Positions 1-7,937 of a stretch of 33,236 nt of DNA are shown piece by piece. The notes under the pieces are model-generated. The model searched no databases, was not told where the DNA came from, and was given only the letters and a program-made list of their open reading frames with translations. Origin of the DNA: a virus (Duplodnaviria > Caudoviricetes); IMG/VR virus record IMGVR_UViG_3300037423_001133, positions 1 to 33,236 of that record. One strand, given 5' to 3'. The position numbers and the translations under genes were made by a program. Positions within the stretch are counted from its first letter, which is position 1. Every line of letters begins with the position of its first letter.

Positions 1-129
1 GACCTTGCGCTGATAGAGTTCGTATTCGGTCAACCAAGGCGACAGCCCGAACAGAGCGGCAACCTCGGACGCCCCGACCACGCGCGCGCGGAACTCGGCG
101 TCGGTTTCTATGCGGACGGGCGCGTTCAC
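1..129 (-). CDS. YqaJ-like viral recombinase / lambda-exonuclease family protein, N-terminus (runs off window)
   Basis: Hand translation from GTG at 129: MNAPVRIETDAEFRARVVGASEVAALFGLSPWLTEYELYQRKV. Matches the YqaJ N-terminal motif G(A/G)S(E/D)xAAxxGxSPWxTxxELxxxK. GTGA overlap with the upstream stop. Confidence 0.8.
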   Translation of the reverse strand, partial: MNAPVRIETDAEFRARVVGASEVAALFGLSPWLTEYELYQRKV

Positions 130-308
130 AGCCCCAGCCTCGTCACGATGAATGCCAGCAGACAAATCGGCGTCAGGCCGTAGATCGTCAGCTTCGCGAG
201 GAAGGTCGCCGTGCCGTTCGCGGCGCGCGGTGCCCACGCATACGCATCCAGATCGCGCATCGCTTGGGTGCGGGCGACACTGATGTCGCGCCAGTCGAGA
301 TTACGCAT
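126..308 (-). CDS. Small hypothetical protein with C-terminal TM helix
   Basis: ATG at 308 with a GGGAGG RBS; hydrophobic C-terminus LTIYGLTPICLLAFIV; coupled to neighbours. Confidence 0.65.
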   Translation of the reverse strand: MRNLDWRDISVARTQAMRDLDAYAWAPRAANGTATFLAKLTIYGLTPICLLAFIVTRLGL

Positions 309-465
309 GACGAGCCTCCCTGTTCTTTTCCCAGCGAGCACGAAGTTGATCAGCCTGAGCTTCTATTTCAGCACGCTCTTCAGCCATGCGATCGGCGAAG
401 TCAGACAGCCTACGGGCTGCTTCGAGAGCGCCGGGGATCGGCGGGACAAGGGTGAGGGCGTTCAT
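301..465 (-). CDS. Hypothetical coiled-coil protein (54 aa)
   Basis: MNALTLVPP... start forms an ATGA overlap with the upstream stop; charged helical content. Confidence 0.6.
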   Translation of the reverse strand: MNALTLVPPIPGALEAARRLSDFADRMAEERAEIEAQADQLRARWEKNREARHA

Positions 466-629
466 TGCCGACGCTCCAGCGCTTGCTCGCCGGCATTCGA
501 GATCAGGCCCCCGCAAACGGTCGCCACGATCCCGAGAAACCAGTGCCCGTTGAAGATCAGCAGGCCAGCAGTCGGGATGATGACGTAAAGGTCAAACCGG
601 TTGGCCCGGCGTGCGAACCAGAAGTTCAT
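462..629 (-). CDS. Small membrane protein (55 aa), absent from ORF track
   Basis: Hand translation MNFWFARRANRFDLYVIIPTAGLLIFNGHWFLGIVATVCGGLISNAGEQALERRQ; ATGA overlaps at both ends; GGAGAGG RBS. Confidence 0.7.
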   Translation of the reverse strand: MNFWFARRANRFDLYVIIPTAGLLIFNGHWFLGIVATVCGGLISNAGEQALERRQ

Positions 630-1006
630 GCGACCTCTCCCTTTGCTTGGGCGAGCACGCGCCGACCGAAGGTCACCGGGCAGTCCTCAGTGTGCTCGAT
701 CAATGAGCAATCCGGGTGCTCCGCATCGCAGAACTCGCATTGAAACATGACGGGGCTGGACGGGAAGCGCCCATGCCAGCCGATGCGCTCTTCCAAGGCG
801 TTTGAGCCAAACAGTTTGCCCAGCGCCTCCAGAAGCTCAGCCTGAGAGGCAATCCTGTGGGAGGCGAAAGACTGGACGAAATACCATGGGTCATGTTGGC
901 CAGCCCGCACCGCATAGTCGGACGGGGACGACAGTCCCATGCGTGCAATCTCAATGCGAAGGTCCGCCGCCCTATCCCGATCGGCTTGAGTAACAGGGAC
1001 GGTCAT
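626..1006 (-). CDS. Hypothetical protein with possible Zn-binding motif
   Basis: 126 aa; CEFC...HTEDC motif; ATGA coupling. Confidence 0.7.
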   Translation of the reverse strand: MTVPVTQADRDRAADLRIEIARMGLSSPSDYAVRAGQHDPWYFVQSFASHRIASQAELLEALGKLFGSNALEERIGWHGRFPSSPVMFQCEFCDAEHPDCSLIEHTEDCPVTFGRRVLAQAKGEVA

Positions 1007-1287
1007 GCTGCACCTGTGGCGCGGGCGATGGCGGCGCGGGCGATCTGGCGGATCTCCTGAATAGTCCGCTCATTCGCCTCTGGCGCGGTCATGCACGGGC
1101 GGTCGGTTTCGTGTTCCTCGATCTCCTCCAGAGCCTTGATCAGGTCCGGAGCATTCACAAACAGCCGCGCATATTCGCGAGGGAACGCGCCCTTGTCGTC
1201 CAGCCGGGTCAGATGACCGGGAACCTTGCCTTCGGTCAGGATGACGAAGCCATCGGCGCCGAATAGCTGTTTCTGGTAGAGCGCCAT
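1003..1287 (-). CDS. Hypothetical phage protein (94 aa)
   Basis: Start MALYQKQ overlaps the upstream stop (TAATG); APDLIKALE...ARAAIARATG motif is common in phage early proteins. Confidence 0.7.
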   Translation of the reverse strand: MALYQKQLFGADGFVILTEGKVPGHLTRLDDKGAFPREYARLFVNAPDLIKALEEIEEHETDRPCMTAPEANERTIQEIRQIARAAIARATGAA

Positions 1288-1616
1288 TATGCCGCCCTTC
1301 TTTCGCGCCCCAACCCCCGAAGCTTGTTCGCCTCGGTCTGGTTGATGAGTTCGCCGTCGAAGGTTGCCGAGCGAATGCCCGCCCCAGCCGCCTGAACCAT
1401 CTCCGGCGAGAGCAAGTCGGACAGCCATTGACCCTTGCGGATGTGGACGCCCGCCCCGTTGATCTGCGCGCGGATTTCCGGCGACATGCGGGCGACAAGC
1501 TGGCCGTCTGCAAAGCGGAACTCGGACCAGCGACCAGAGACGGCAATCTCCCGCTCGATCCGGAGACGGTCCGAGGGATTGGCGCGCCATTGGGCGGCGA
1601 GTTGGCGGGCGTTCAT
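1287..1616 (-). CDS. Hypothetical protein (109 aa)
   Basis: GGGAGG RBS; coupled to both neighbours. Confidence 0.65.
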   Translation of the reverse strand: MNARQLAAQWRANPSDRLRIEREIAVSGRWSEFRFADGQLVARMSPEIRAQINGAGVHIRKGQWLSDLLSPEMVQAAGAGIRSATFDGELINQTEANKLRGLGRERRAA

Positions 1617-2098
1617 GCTACCCTCCCTTCTGCCCGCCGCCGAGCCTTATGCGCCAAGTTGTGTTTACGAGCGCAGGTCCGGCAGATCCTTTGACCATTG
1701 CGCACAACGATGTTGTCGCCCGAGAGCGGATGCCCATAGATGCACTCTGTCTTCCGCGCGTTGACCGCAGAGAAAGAGTTTCCCCGTCGAGTGTTTTCTG
1801 AGGGGGTTACGGGCTCTAGATGCGCCGGATTGATGCATGCCCTATTACGACAAAGGTGATCAATCACCATCCCTTGAGGAATTGGCCCGTTTGCCATTTC
1901 ATAAGAGACGCGGTGGACTGGGACGCCCCGACCATTCACCCAAATTCTGGCATACCCCTTTTCAAGGGGGCCAACCCATTCGATGCAATCACCATTGGTG
2001 CGCGTTCGCTCGGCGATGCGCTGCGCAATCGGGACGGGTTGAAAGCCAATCCTTCCCTTTTGAACGTTCCAGCCCTGCTTGAGTTTGACGGGGGTCAC
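1613..2098 (-). CDS. HNH homing endonuclease (HNH_3 type)
   Basis: CIEWVG..GYARI..HRVSYE..IDHLCRNRACINPAHLEPVTPSEN plus C-terminal CIYGH...CRTC Zn module. Confidence 0.92.
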   Translation of the reverse strand: MTPVKLKQGWNVQKGRIGFQPVPIAQRIAERTRTNGDCIEWVGPLEKGYARIWVNGRGVPVHRVSYEMANGPIPQGMVIDHLCRNRACINPAHLEPVTPSENTRRGNSFSAVNARKTECIYGHPLSGDNIVVRNGQRICRTCARKHNLAHKARRRAEGRVA

Positions 2099-2289
2099 TT
2101 GGACGCCCCTTCGCGAACGAAACGGGCAATATCGGTGGCGGCCTTGAATGCGGCAACCACCTCTCGCAGCGGAATGCCCTTCGCGAGCTGTCCGCGCGCA
2201 ATATCAGCAAGTCCACTGTCGATCGCGAGAAGCTGGCCAAGGAACTGCGCCTCGGCTGCGTCAGGCTTCCAATTCGGCTGCGTCGCCAT
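2095..2289 (-). CDS. Hypothetical protein, first gene of PL operon
   Basis: 64 aa; GGGAG RBS; directly downstream of the predicted PL. Confidence 0.65.
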   Translation of the reverse strand: MATQPNWKPDAAEAQFLGQLLAIDSGLADIARGQLAKGIPLREVVAAFKAATDIARFVREGASK

Positions 2290-2336
2290 CGTTCACTCCC
2301 ATTCGCGGTGGCGTGGCCATCCGCGCTGTGGGAGTG

Positions 2337-2390
2337 TGTCTATATGCGCATACGTATAAACGCAAGCGCTATTTTATGCGTTGGCGTATT
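2337..2390 (-). promoter_or_regulatory. PL promoter with OL operators
   Basis: Minus strand TTGCGT-17nt-TAGACA; 16-bp imperfect palindromes TATGCG-N4-CGTAT(A/T) at 2343-2358 and 2375-2390, plus a half-site at 2393-2398. Confidence 0.7.
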
Positions 2391-2401
2391 TTTATGCGCG
2401 G

Positions 2402-3058
2402 CTATTCGGGGCGGTAGGAGCCAACCACTAAGCCGATGATCCGAATGTCAACGACCTCCGGCCCGGGATCATCCATAGAAAACGGAACCTGAAATGCCGG
2501 GTTCGTCGATCGTGGCACCAGCCACTCTTTGCCGGCCTGGTCGCGCAGATATTCCTTCACGGTAGCCTCAAGCTTGCCGTCCGATCGTTCACGAACAACC
2601 ACAACGCGTTGGCCCGAATGGGCCACCACGCCGTCCAGGGTTGAGATGCAATCGAGGATGGTCCCGTGCGGATACACCTCGTTCATGCTGTCGCCCTCGA
2701 CCTTCAGGCCAAACCGGCGCCCAGCTTCCGCGCGCACATGGTCACCGCCTGTATAGGGCTCCCACTGCTCCTCTGGCCACTCGTATGCTTCCACCCACAC
2801 ACCCGCCGCAACGGCGCCTCTCACCATGAACCGGCTTGAGGATGGCACAAAGGAGACGTCCGACTCGCCGCCAAGGAACTGGCGGATGTCTTCTCCAGCC
2901 ATCTCGGCCAGGCGGGCCAGCAACGGCGGGTCTGGCATCGAGCCTTTTTCCCAACGCGAAACAGACGCTTGGGTGACGCCAAGCAACTCGCCAAACTCAG
3001 TTTGGTTCATCTGCCGGTCGAGCCGGATGGCTCTGATCTTCTGCGCGAGGTCAGGCAT
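2402..3058 (-). CDS. cI: CI-like repressor (XRE HTH + S24 peptidase)
   Basis: HTH MNQTEFGELLGVTQASVSRWEKG; AAG cleavage region; catalytic GDSM and TVK; divergent from cro. Start taken as ATG 3058. Confidence 0.93.
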   Translation of the reverse strand: MPDLAQKIRAIRLDRQMNQTEFGELLGVTQASVSRWEKGSMPDPPLLARLAEMAGEDIRQFLGGESDVSFVPSSSRFMVRGAVAAGVWVEAYEWPEEQWEPYTGGDHVRAEAGRRFGLKVEGDSMNEVYPHGTILDCISTLDGVVAHSGQRVVVVRERSDGKLEATVKEYLRDQAGKEWLVPRSTNPAFQVPFSMDDPGPEVVDIRIIGLVVGSYRPE

Positions 3059-3064
3059 ATCGGG

Positions 3065-3143
3065 CGCGTACGCCGACCAGGGGCGCGGTCCAACACGCCT
3101 GCGCATAATGGCACTTGTCACGTTATACGCATGCGCATATACA
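3065..3143. promoter_or_regulatory. PRM/PR divergent promoters with OR operators
   Basis: PR: TTGTCA(3115)-17-TATACA(3138). PRM on minus: TTGGAC-17-TACGCG. Operators AACACG-CCTG-CGCATA (3092-3107) and TATACG-CATG-CGCATA (3124-3139). Confidence 0.75.
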
Positions 3144-3150
3144 ACAGCGC

Positions 3151-3318
3151 ATGGACGTCAAAGAGACCCGCAAGGCCCTTGGCCTCACGCAAACCGAGCT
3201 AGCCGAACGGCTGGGTGTCACGCAGGCCACCATTTCCCGGTTCGAGACTGGGGAGATGGAACTCGACAACAGGACCAAGCTCGCGCTGGAGGCTCTTCGG
3301 CTCAAGGCAGCAGCCTGA
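3151..3318 (+). CDS. cro: Cro-like HTH repressor
   Basis: 55 aa: RKALGLTQTELAERLGVTQATISRFETG. Confidence 0.9.
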   Translation: MDVKETRKALGLTQTELAERLGVTQATISRFETGEMELDNRTKLALEALRLKAAA

Positions 3319-3320
3319 CC

Positions 3321-3584
3321 ATGCCGGGGGGACTTTCCGCAGCCGCGATCCGCGCGCAGCGTAGCCTGCAGGACTGCGGCGTCATTCGCATCCGTCGCGC
3401 GACGCAGGAACCGTTCGCCGAGTTGGTGCGCGCCAAGATCGCACAGGTGATCCGCCGCGATCCCGATAACAAATGGGCGGACATCGCCCTTCGCAATCAC
3501 CATCGCAGCACGTCCCCCCGCTGCGAGCCCGCCGCTGTGTCTAAGCCTCCGGCGGCGGGCGAATTCCCGGTGGTGTCCCGATGA
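3321..3584 (+). CDS. Hypothetical protein (87 aa)
   Basis: Fills the gap after cro; ATGA overlap with the next gene. Confidence 0.5.
   Translation: MPGGLSAAAIRAQRSLQDCGVIRIRRATQEPFAELVRAKIAQVIRRDPDNKWADIALRNHHRSTSPRCEPAAVSKPPAAGEFPVVSR
3527..3560 (+). terminator. GC-rich hairpin (tR1-like / regulatory)
   Basis: 11-bp stem GCCCGCCGCTG/CGGCGGCGGGC with a 12-nt loop; no strong U-tract. Confidence 0.35.
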
Positions 3585-3805
3585 CTGAATGGGATGCCGC
3601 AATCGACGACCCCACGCCCGGTCAATCCGGCATGGCCTTCCTCGCGCTGGTCACCGGCCTCGCGTGGCTCGTCTGCGCGCCCTTCGACCTCCTCGCGAGC
3701 ATTCGCAAGCGCGGTGGCGCGAAGAGCGATGACGGCTGCGAGGGGGCCGATTGGGGCCGTGAAGTTCCGAATTACATCCATAATGACAACGCAGGTGCAG
3801 CATGA
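3581..3805 (+). CDS. Small membrane protein
   Basis: TM segment MAFLALVTGLAWLVCAPFDLL; ATGA overlaps. Confidence 0.55.
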   Translation: MTEWDAAIDDPTPGQSGMAFLALVTGLAWLVCAPFDLLASIRKRGGAKSDDGCEGADWGREVPNYIHNDNAGAA

Positions 3806-4272
3806 GCGATGGGCAAATCTACCCCCGCTACCGAACCGTTTCCGCAACGATGCTGATCGAGACGCTGGGCAACAGCCTCCAGCGGATCAAGGACGAGGAC
3901 GGGGCAACCGACGCCGACATTGGGCGCATCCTTGGCAAGAGCAAGGACAGCGCAGAGCGCCACCGCAAGGGCATCGGCGACATGGGCGCGGTGTCTTTCC
4001 TGCTGGGCTGCGCTGCGTGGGACGGGCGCTTTGCCAATGACGCGCTTGCGAAGGTTGGCATGAAGCTGGTCCCGCTCGCCACCAGCGGCGCGGCGAATGA
4101 CCGCTCCTGGTCGTCCGACCTGACCAAGCTGCTGCTCAAGATGTCGCTGGCGCTTGAGGACGGCAATCTCGACGACGACGAACTCGACTCCATGGCGGCG
4201 GAAATCGAAGGCGCCGGCCGGGCTATCGACCAGATGCGCCAGCGCCGCGCTCGCTCGCGAGGTGCGGCGTGA
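3802..4272 (+). CDS. CII-like phage transcriptional regulator
   Basis: Position after cro; N-terminal HTH-like DADIGRILGKSKDSAERH; C-terminal ALEDGNLDDDE motif typical of CP76/CII-type proteins. Confidence 0.65.
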   Translation: MSDGQIYPRYRTVSATMLIETLGNSLQRIKDEDGATDADIGRILGKSKDSAERHRKGIGDMGAVSFLLGCAAWDGRFANDALAKVGMKLVPLATSGAANDRSWSSDLTKLLLKMSLALEDGNLDDDELDSMAAEIEGAGRAIDQMRQRRARSRGAA

Positions 4273-4544
4273 CAATGGTCGTTCCCGCGGACATCGACGC
4301 GACCCTGGCCGAACGCGGCAGCCGCTACGGCAGCTTCACCGAGCATGCGCGCATCACACAGGCGATCAAGACTGCGATGGCCGACAGCCCGAATTGGGCC
4401 TCGCTCGATCCCGACATGCGAGAGGCGCTGGAGATGATCGCACACAAAGCGGGGCGCATCCTCAATGGAGACCCGTCCTACCATGACAGCTGGCACGACA
4501 TCGTGGGCTACACGAAGCTCGTTGCGGATCGGTTGGTCGCATGA
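4269..4544 (+). CDS. DUF6378-like protein
   Basis: TLAERGSRYGSF...LEMIAHKAGRILNGDPSYHDSWHDIVGY signature. Confidence 0.75.
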   Translation: MTMVVPADIDATLAERGSRYGSFTEHARITQAIKTAMADSPNWASLDPDMREALEMIAHKAGRILNGDPSYHDSWHDIVGYTKLVADRLVA

Positions 4545-4807
4545 TCGTCTACGCCGCCATCACCTACACCACCGCCGTGCTCGGCATCGCCGCATGCTGG
4601 GGCTGGCTCCGCACGTTGCGCGAGAACCGTCGGCTACGGGGCTGGGCCATCCATTGGGAGCGCCAGGCCAAAGACCTAGCCGGCGTCCTCGCGCGCAATC
4701 AGGCCGCATCGCGCCGCGGTTCGCATGCCCGCCGCTGCCAGATCGCGCAGGAGCGGGATCTGATCGAGACGAAGGCGGCGCAGCTTCGGCGGGAGTTGGG
4801 GCTGTGA
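4541..4807 (+). CDS. Membrane-anchored coiled-coil hypothetical protein
   Basis: N-terminal TM followed by a basic helix; coupled overlaps. Confidence 0.65.
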   Translation: MIVYAAITYTTAVLGIAACWGWLRTLRENRRLRGWAIHWERQAKDLAGVLARNQAASRRGSHARRCQIAQERDLIETKAAQLRRELGL

Positions 4808-5118
4808 GCTACAAGAAAATCTGCGAAGGCTGCGGCGAAGAGTATCTGCGCCCGACTGGACCCAACCGGATCACAGATGAGCGCTGGGAAGCACGCCGCT
4901 TCTGCAATGCGCGTTGCGGGCTCCACGCAGCTGGCAAGTCGAGCGACGGCAAGGGCGCCGGCCAGAAAGAGGCCGGATACGATATGCGCATGGGTGCGGC
5001 CGTTGGCAGCAATGCCCTGCGCGAGCGGATCATCGCCATGTTCGCGCGAACGGCCAACGCGAACGGCATCAGCCTTGAAGAGGCTGCGCGCCTGCATCTG
5101 TGCCCGAAAGCCGCCTAG
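4804..5118 (+). CDS. Zn-finger protein (CxxC...FCxxxC)
   Basis: GTG start overlapping the upstream TGA; CEGCG...RRFCNARC. Confidence 0.65.
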   Translation: MSYKKICEGCGEEYLRPTGPNRITDERWEARRFCNARCGLHAAGKSSDGKGAGQKEAGYDMRMGAAVGSNALRERIIAMFARTANANGISLEEAARLHLCPKAA

Positions 5119-5493
5119 ATGCGCCGCGCCGGGGGATACGGGATCAAGGTCCAGACCAGCGCCGAAGCGATGGTGCGCCTGAAGGTCGATCTGGCGAACA
5201 TGCCGGATGACAGGCTGTTTGCCGCGACGGTGGAGAGCTTGGCGCCGCGGTATCGGGTGAAGGCTCGGGAACTGGAATGCGTGCTGCTGGCGTCGCAGGA
5301 TAGCCGGCGCAGGTTTCTGGCCGAACAGGAAAAGCAGGCCATCTGCCGCGAGTTTGGCAATGGCGCGGCCGCGAACCGGAATGGCGAACCCCGCGCAAGC
5401 AATCCGCACCGCCCGAGTGACCCGCTCTACGATGCGTGGGCGTCGGGCTGGGACGAAGAAGAAGGCCCGGCCTTCAAGGTGGCGGCGCAATGA
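5119..5493 (+). CDS. Hypothetical protein with C-terminal RMF/CrpP-like motif
   Basis: GAAANRNGEPRASNPH...YDAWASGWDE resembles the ribosome modulation factor pattern GxxAGxxG...CPY...WxxGW. Confidence 0.6.
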   Translation: MRRAGGYGIKVQTSAEAMVRLKVDLANMPDDRLFAATVESLAPRYRVKARELECVLLASQDSRRRFLAEQEKQAICREFGNGAAANRNGEPRASNPHRPSDPLYDAWASGWDEEEGPAFKVAAQ

Positions 5494-5921
5494 ACGCCTT
5501 TGCCCACTTCCCGGCCGACGAGCCGCTGCGCGAGACGCTGGATCCGGGGATATGGGTCGAGCCCCGCGACAAGGATGCGACCGCGGAAATCACCCGCCAG
5601 TCCGCGCTTGTGAACGTCCTGCGCAAGCATAGCCGCTGCGTCGTTTGGGCCGTTCCAAATGCCGCGCGCTCCGAATCGGCCAAGCTGCGCCAGCATCGCG
5701 AAGGTGCCGTCTATGGCGCCGCCGATCTGGTGATTACTTGGGCTGGCGGTGTCGCGTTCGTTGAGATGAAAGACGGCAAGTCGATGCCGCGCGATAACCA
5801 GGTCGCGTTTCTCAACCGGCTGCACGCCCAAGGCCATCACGTCTGCGTCGGTCGCACGCCGTTCGGTGTGACGCGCTGGCTGCGCGCGATCGGCGCTCCT
5901 GTGCCGGAGATGCGGTCGTGA
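5490..5921 (+). CDS. VRR-NUC domain nuclease (Holliday junction resolvase-like)
   Basis: AVPNA..G..GAADL..FVEMK..NQVAFLNRL PD-(D/E)xK pattern. Confidence 0.88.
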   Translation: MNAFAHFPADEPLRETLDPGIWVEPRDKDATAEITRQSALVNVLRKHSRCVVWAVPNAARSESAKLRQHREGAVYGAADLVITWAGGVAFVEMKDGKSMPRDNQVAFLNRLHAQGHHVCVGRTPFGVTRWLRAIGAPVPEMRS

Positions 5922-6475
5922 ACCTCGACGAAGAAATGTTCGCCTATTCGCAGGCGCTACAATTCCGTCACGTCGCGCGCCTCGTTGCGGCCGGCGTCAA
6001 GACGCTGCCGGAATTCAATGCGCTGGGCTTGCTCGGCTTCGCCCGCGTCGAGATCGACAAGAACGACCGCTGGCAGCCAATCGAGGGCGGAAAGCCCATG
6101 CTTCTGGTCGCCGTGGTCGAAGAAGGCGTGATCGTCGACATCGTGGCGTTCGATCCTGCCGATCCAGACTTCTGGGCGCTGCGCACTGGCAATGGTTGGG
6201 CATTGGGCGCCGACGCCGTGACCGAAGCCGCCTCTCATTGGGACGATAAGCCCCTCAAGATGCACGCGACGCCATTCGACTGGCTCCGCGCCGACGGCGA
6301 GGGCTGCTGCATCATCGACGGCTATAGCCAAGCCGCTGCGGCTCGCGTGCGCGAATGCCCGGCGCTTGAGGTGGCCAGCAACAATCTCGCCCGCGCGCTC
6401 CGGCTGCACCTCACCAAACCGCCGGCGCTGCCCGAGATCATCATCAACGACGGAGGCGCGCGCCATGCCGCGTAA
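5918..6475 (+). CDS. Conserved hypothetical replication-module protein (possibly degenerate primase-like)
   Basis: 185 aa, coupled to the helicase; DIVAF..WALRTG..TPFDWLRA motif. Confidence 0.7.
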   Translation: MNLDEEMFAYSQALQFRHVARLVAAGVKTLPEFNALGLLGFARVEIDKNDRWQPIEGGKPMLLVAVVEEGVIVDIVAFDPADPDFWALRTGNGWALGADAVTEAASHWDDKPLKMHATPFDWLRADGEGCCIIDGYSQAAAARVRECPALEVASNNLARALRLHLTKPPALPEIIINDGGARHAA

Positions 6476-7937
6476 CGTCGCCAATGATGAGGAATTCGAG
6501 CCGCCCGCGTATATGGATGAAGTCCCGTGGGAGCCACCCCCGGGAACGCGGCCGATCAATACGGAGCCTCTCCCGCTCCAGTATTTCGACGACATCCAGC
6601 CGCAGCTCACCGGGCTATGGCTGATGAAGCGTCTGCTGCCCGCCACGGGCGTCGCCGTGCTCTATGGGCACCCCGGATGCGGCAAGACCTTCCTCGCGCT
6701 GGATTGGTCCATGCACATCGCCCTAGGTCGAGACTGGCAGGGCCGGAAGGTCAAGCAGGGCCTTGTGGTATATCTCTGCGCGGAAGGCGTCTCAGGCTTG
6801 CGCAATCGCGTCGAGGCATTCCGGCGCCACCACAAGGTCGAAGGGGCATCATTCGCGCTTATTCCTGTCGCGATCGACATGCAGGCACCTGATGCCGACG
6901 TGAACCGCCTCATTGCCGCTGTCCGCCAGGCCGAAGAACATTTCGGCGAGCGAGCGGTGCTTGTCGTCATCGACACCATCTCCAAGACCTTCGGCGCCGG
7001 CAAGGAAAACACCGACGACATGGTGACCTACGTCGCCAACTGTCAGCGGGTCAGTTCGGAATTGGAGGCCCTCACAATGGCCGTCCACCACCGCCCGAAG
7101 GATGCCGAAAGCGAGGATCCGCGCGGCCATTCCAGCCTCAAGGGCGGCTCGGAAACCGTCATCATCGTGGAGGCCGGCGACACCAAGAAGCTGCGCGTGA
7201 CCAAGCAGAAAGACGGTGAGGACGGCTTGGAGATGCTGTTCAAATTGAAGGTCGTCGAGCTGGGCGTGGACGAAGATAACGAGCCCGTCACGTCGTGCGT
7301 GGTCGAGCCGACGGACATCGATCTGGTGCCCCGCGGGGAGTCGATCGCATCGAAAATGACGCGCCTGTCGGACAAGCAGCGGGCGGTTTTCAATAGCCTC
7401 AATGAGACGTTGGAGCGCGCCGGAATCTACCCGCCAACCGAAATTCCAGACGCGGATTTGAACCGCATTCGGGTCGGAAAGGTCGTCAAAATCGAGGATT
7501 GGCGGACAAGGCACATTCAGACGTCCGGACAAGGCTCGGACATAAAGCCGGACAGCCTGCGCAAGGAGTTTGATCGCGGCCTAACGCGCCTGAAAAATGA
7601 TGAAATTGTAGGGGTTTGGGGTGATTTTGCGTGGCGCAGGTGGGAGAATGTCGGACAGTCCCGGACAAGTCCGGACAAATCGCCGGACAACTTCAACAAT
7701 CAGGATCGGACATCTCGGACAAATTGGGGTCCCCCTAAAGGGGGAACCCCCGCTTTGTCCGGATCGATGTCCGACGATGCCCCGGGCGCTTTGTCCGACC
7801 CAGGAAGTCCCCCGCCGTGGATGGACGAGGCGCCGTGGCCCGAACCGGAGCCAAACATGGAACCCGATCGCGAACCAGATTTGGACTGGATGGATAACCC
7901 AGTGCTCAACCGGGATTTTGGAAAAGGAGACGAGTGA
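6465..7937 (+). CDS. RepA/AAA_25-family (SF4-like) replicative helicase
   Basis: Walker A GHPGCGKT, YLCAEG, Walker B VVIDT, VHH..K..RGHSSL, KQKDG; GGAGG RBS before ATG 6465. Confidence 0.9.
   Translation: MPRNVANDEEFEPPAYMDEVPWEPPPGTRPINTEPLPLQYFDDIQPQLTGLWLMKRLLPATGVAVLYGHPGCGKTFLALDWSMHIALGRDWQGRKVKQGLVVYLCAEGVSGLRNRVEAFRRHHKVEGASFALIPVAIDMQAPDADVNRLIAAVRQAEEHFGERAVLVVIDTISKTFGAGKENTDDMVTYVANCQRVSSELEALTMAVHHRPKDAESEDPRGHSSLKGGSETVIIVEAGDTKKLRVTKQKDGEDGLEMLFKLKVVELGVDEDNEPVTSCVVEPTDIDLVPRGESIASKMTRLSDKQRAVFNSLNETLERAGIYPPTEIPDADLNRIRVGKVVKIEDWRTRHIQTSGQGSDIKPDSLRKEFDRGLTRLKNDEIVGVWGDFAWRRWENVGQSRTSPDKSPDNFNNQDRTSRTNWGPPKGGTPALSGSMSDDAPGALSDPGSPPPWMDEAPWPEPEPNMEPDREPDLDWMDNPVLNRDFGKGDE
7503..7797. 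repeat. Iteron array and central hairpin: probable replication origin
   Basis: 10 direct CGGACA copies (7503-7721), GGGGTCCCCC-TAAA-GGGGGAACCCC hairpin (7726-7750), then 3 inverted TGTCCG copies (7756-7797). Confidence 0.75.

Noticed and set aside
3059-3121. Extended cI N-terminus (239 aa)
   Set aside because: Would run through the operators and promoters; the HTH starts right after Met 3058.
6366-6464. Longer N-terminus for the helicase
   Set aside because: Overlaps the upstream gene by over 100 nt; ATG 6465 has a GGAGG RBS.
7503-7797. CRISPR array
   Set aside because: Repeats are 6 bp with irregular spacing and switch orientation; no cas genes.
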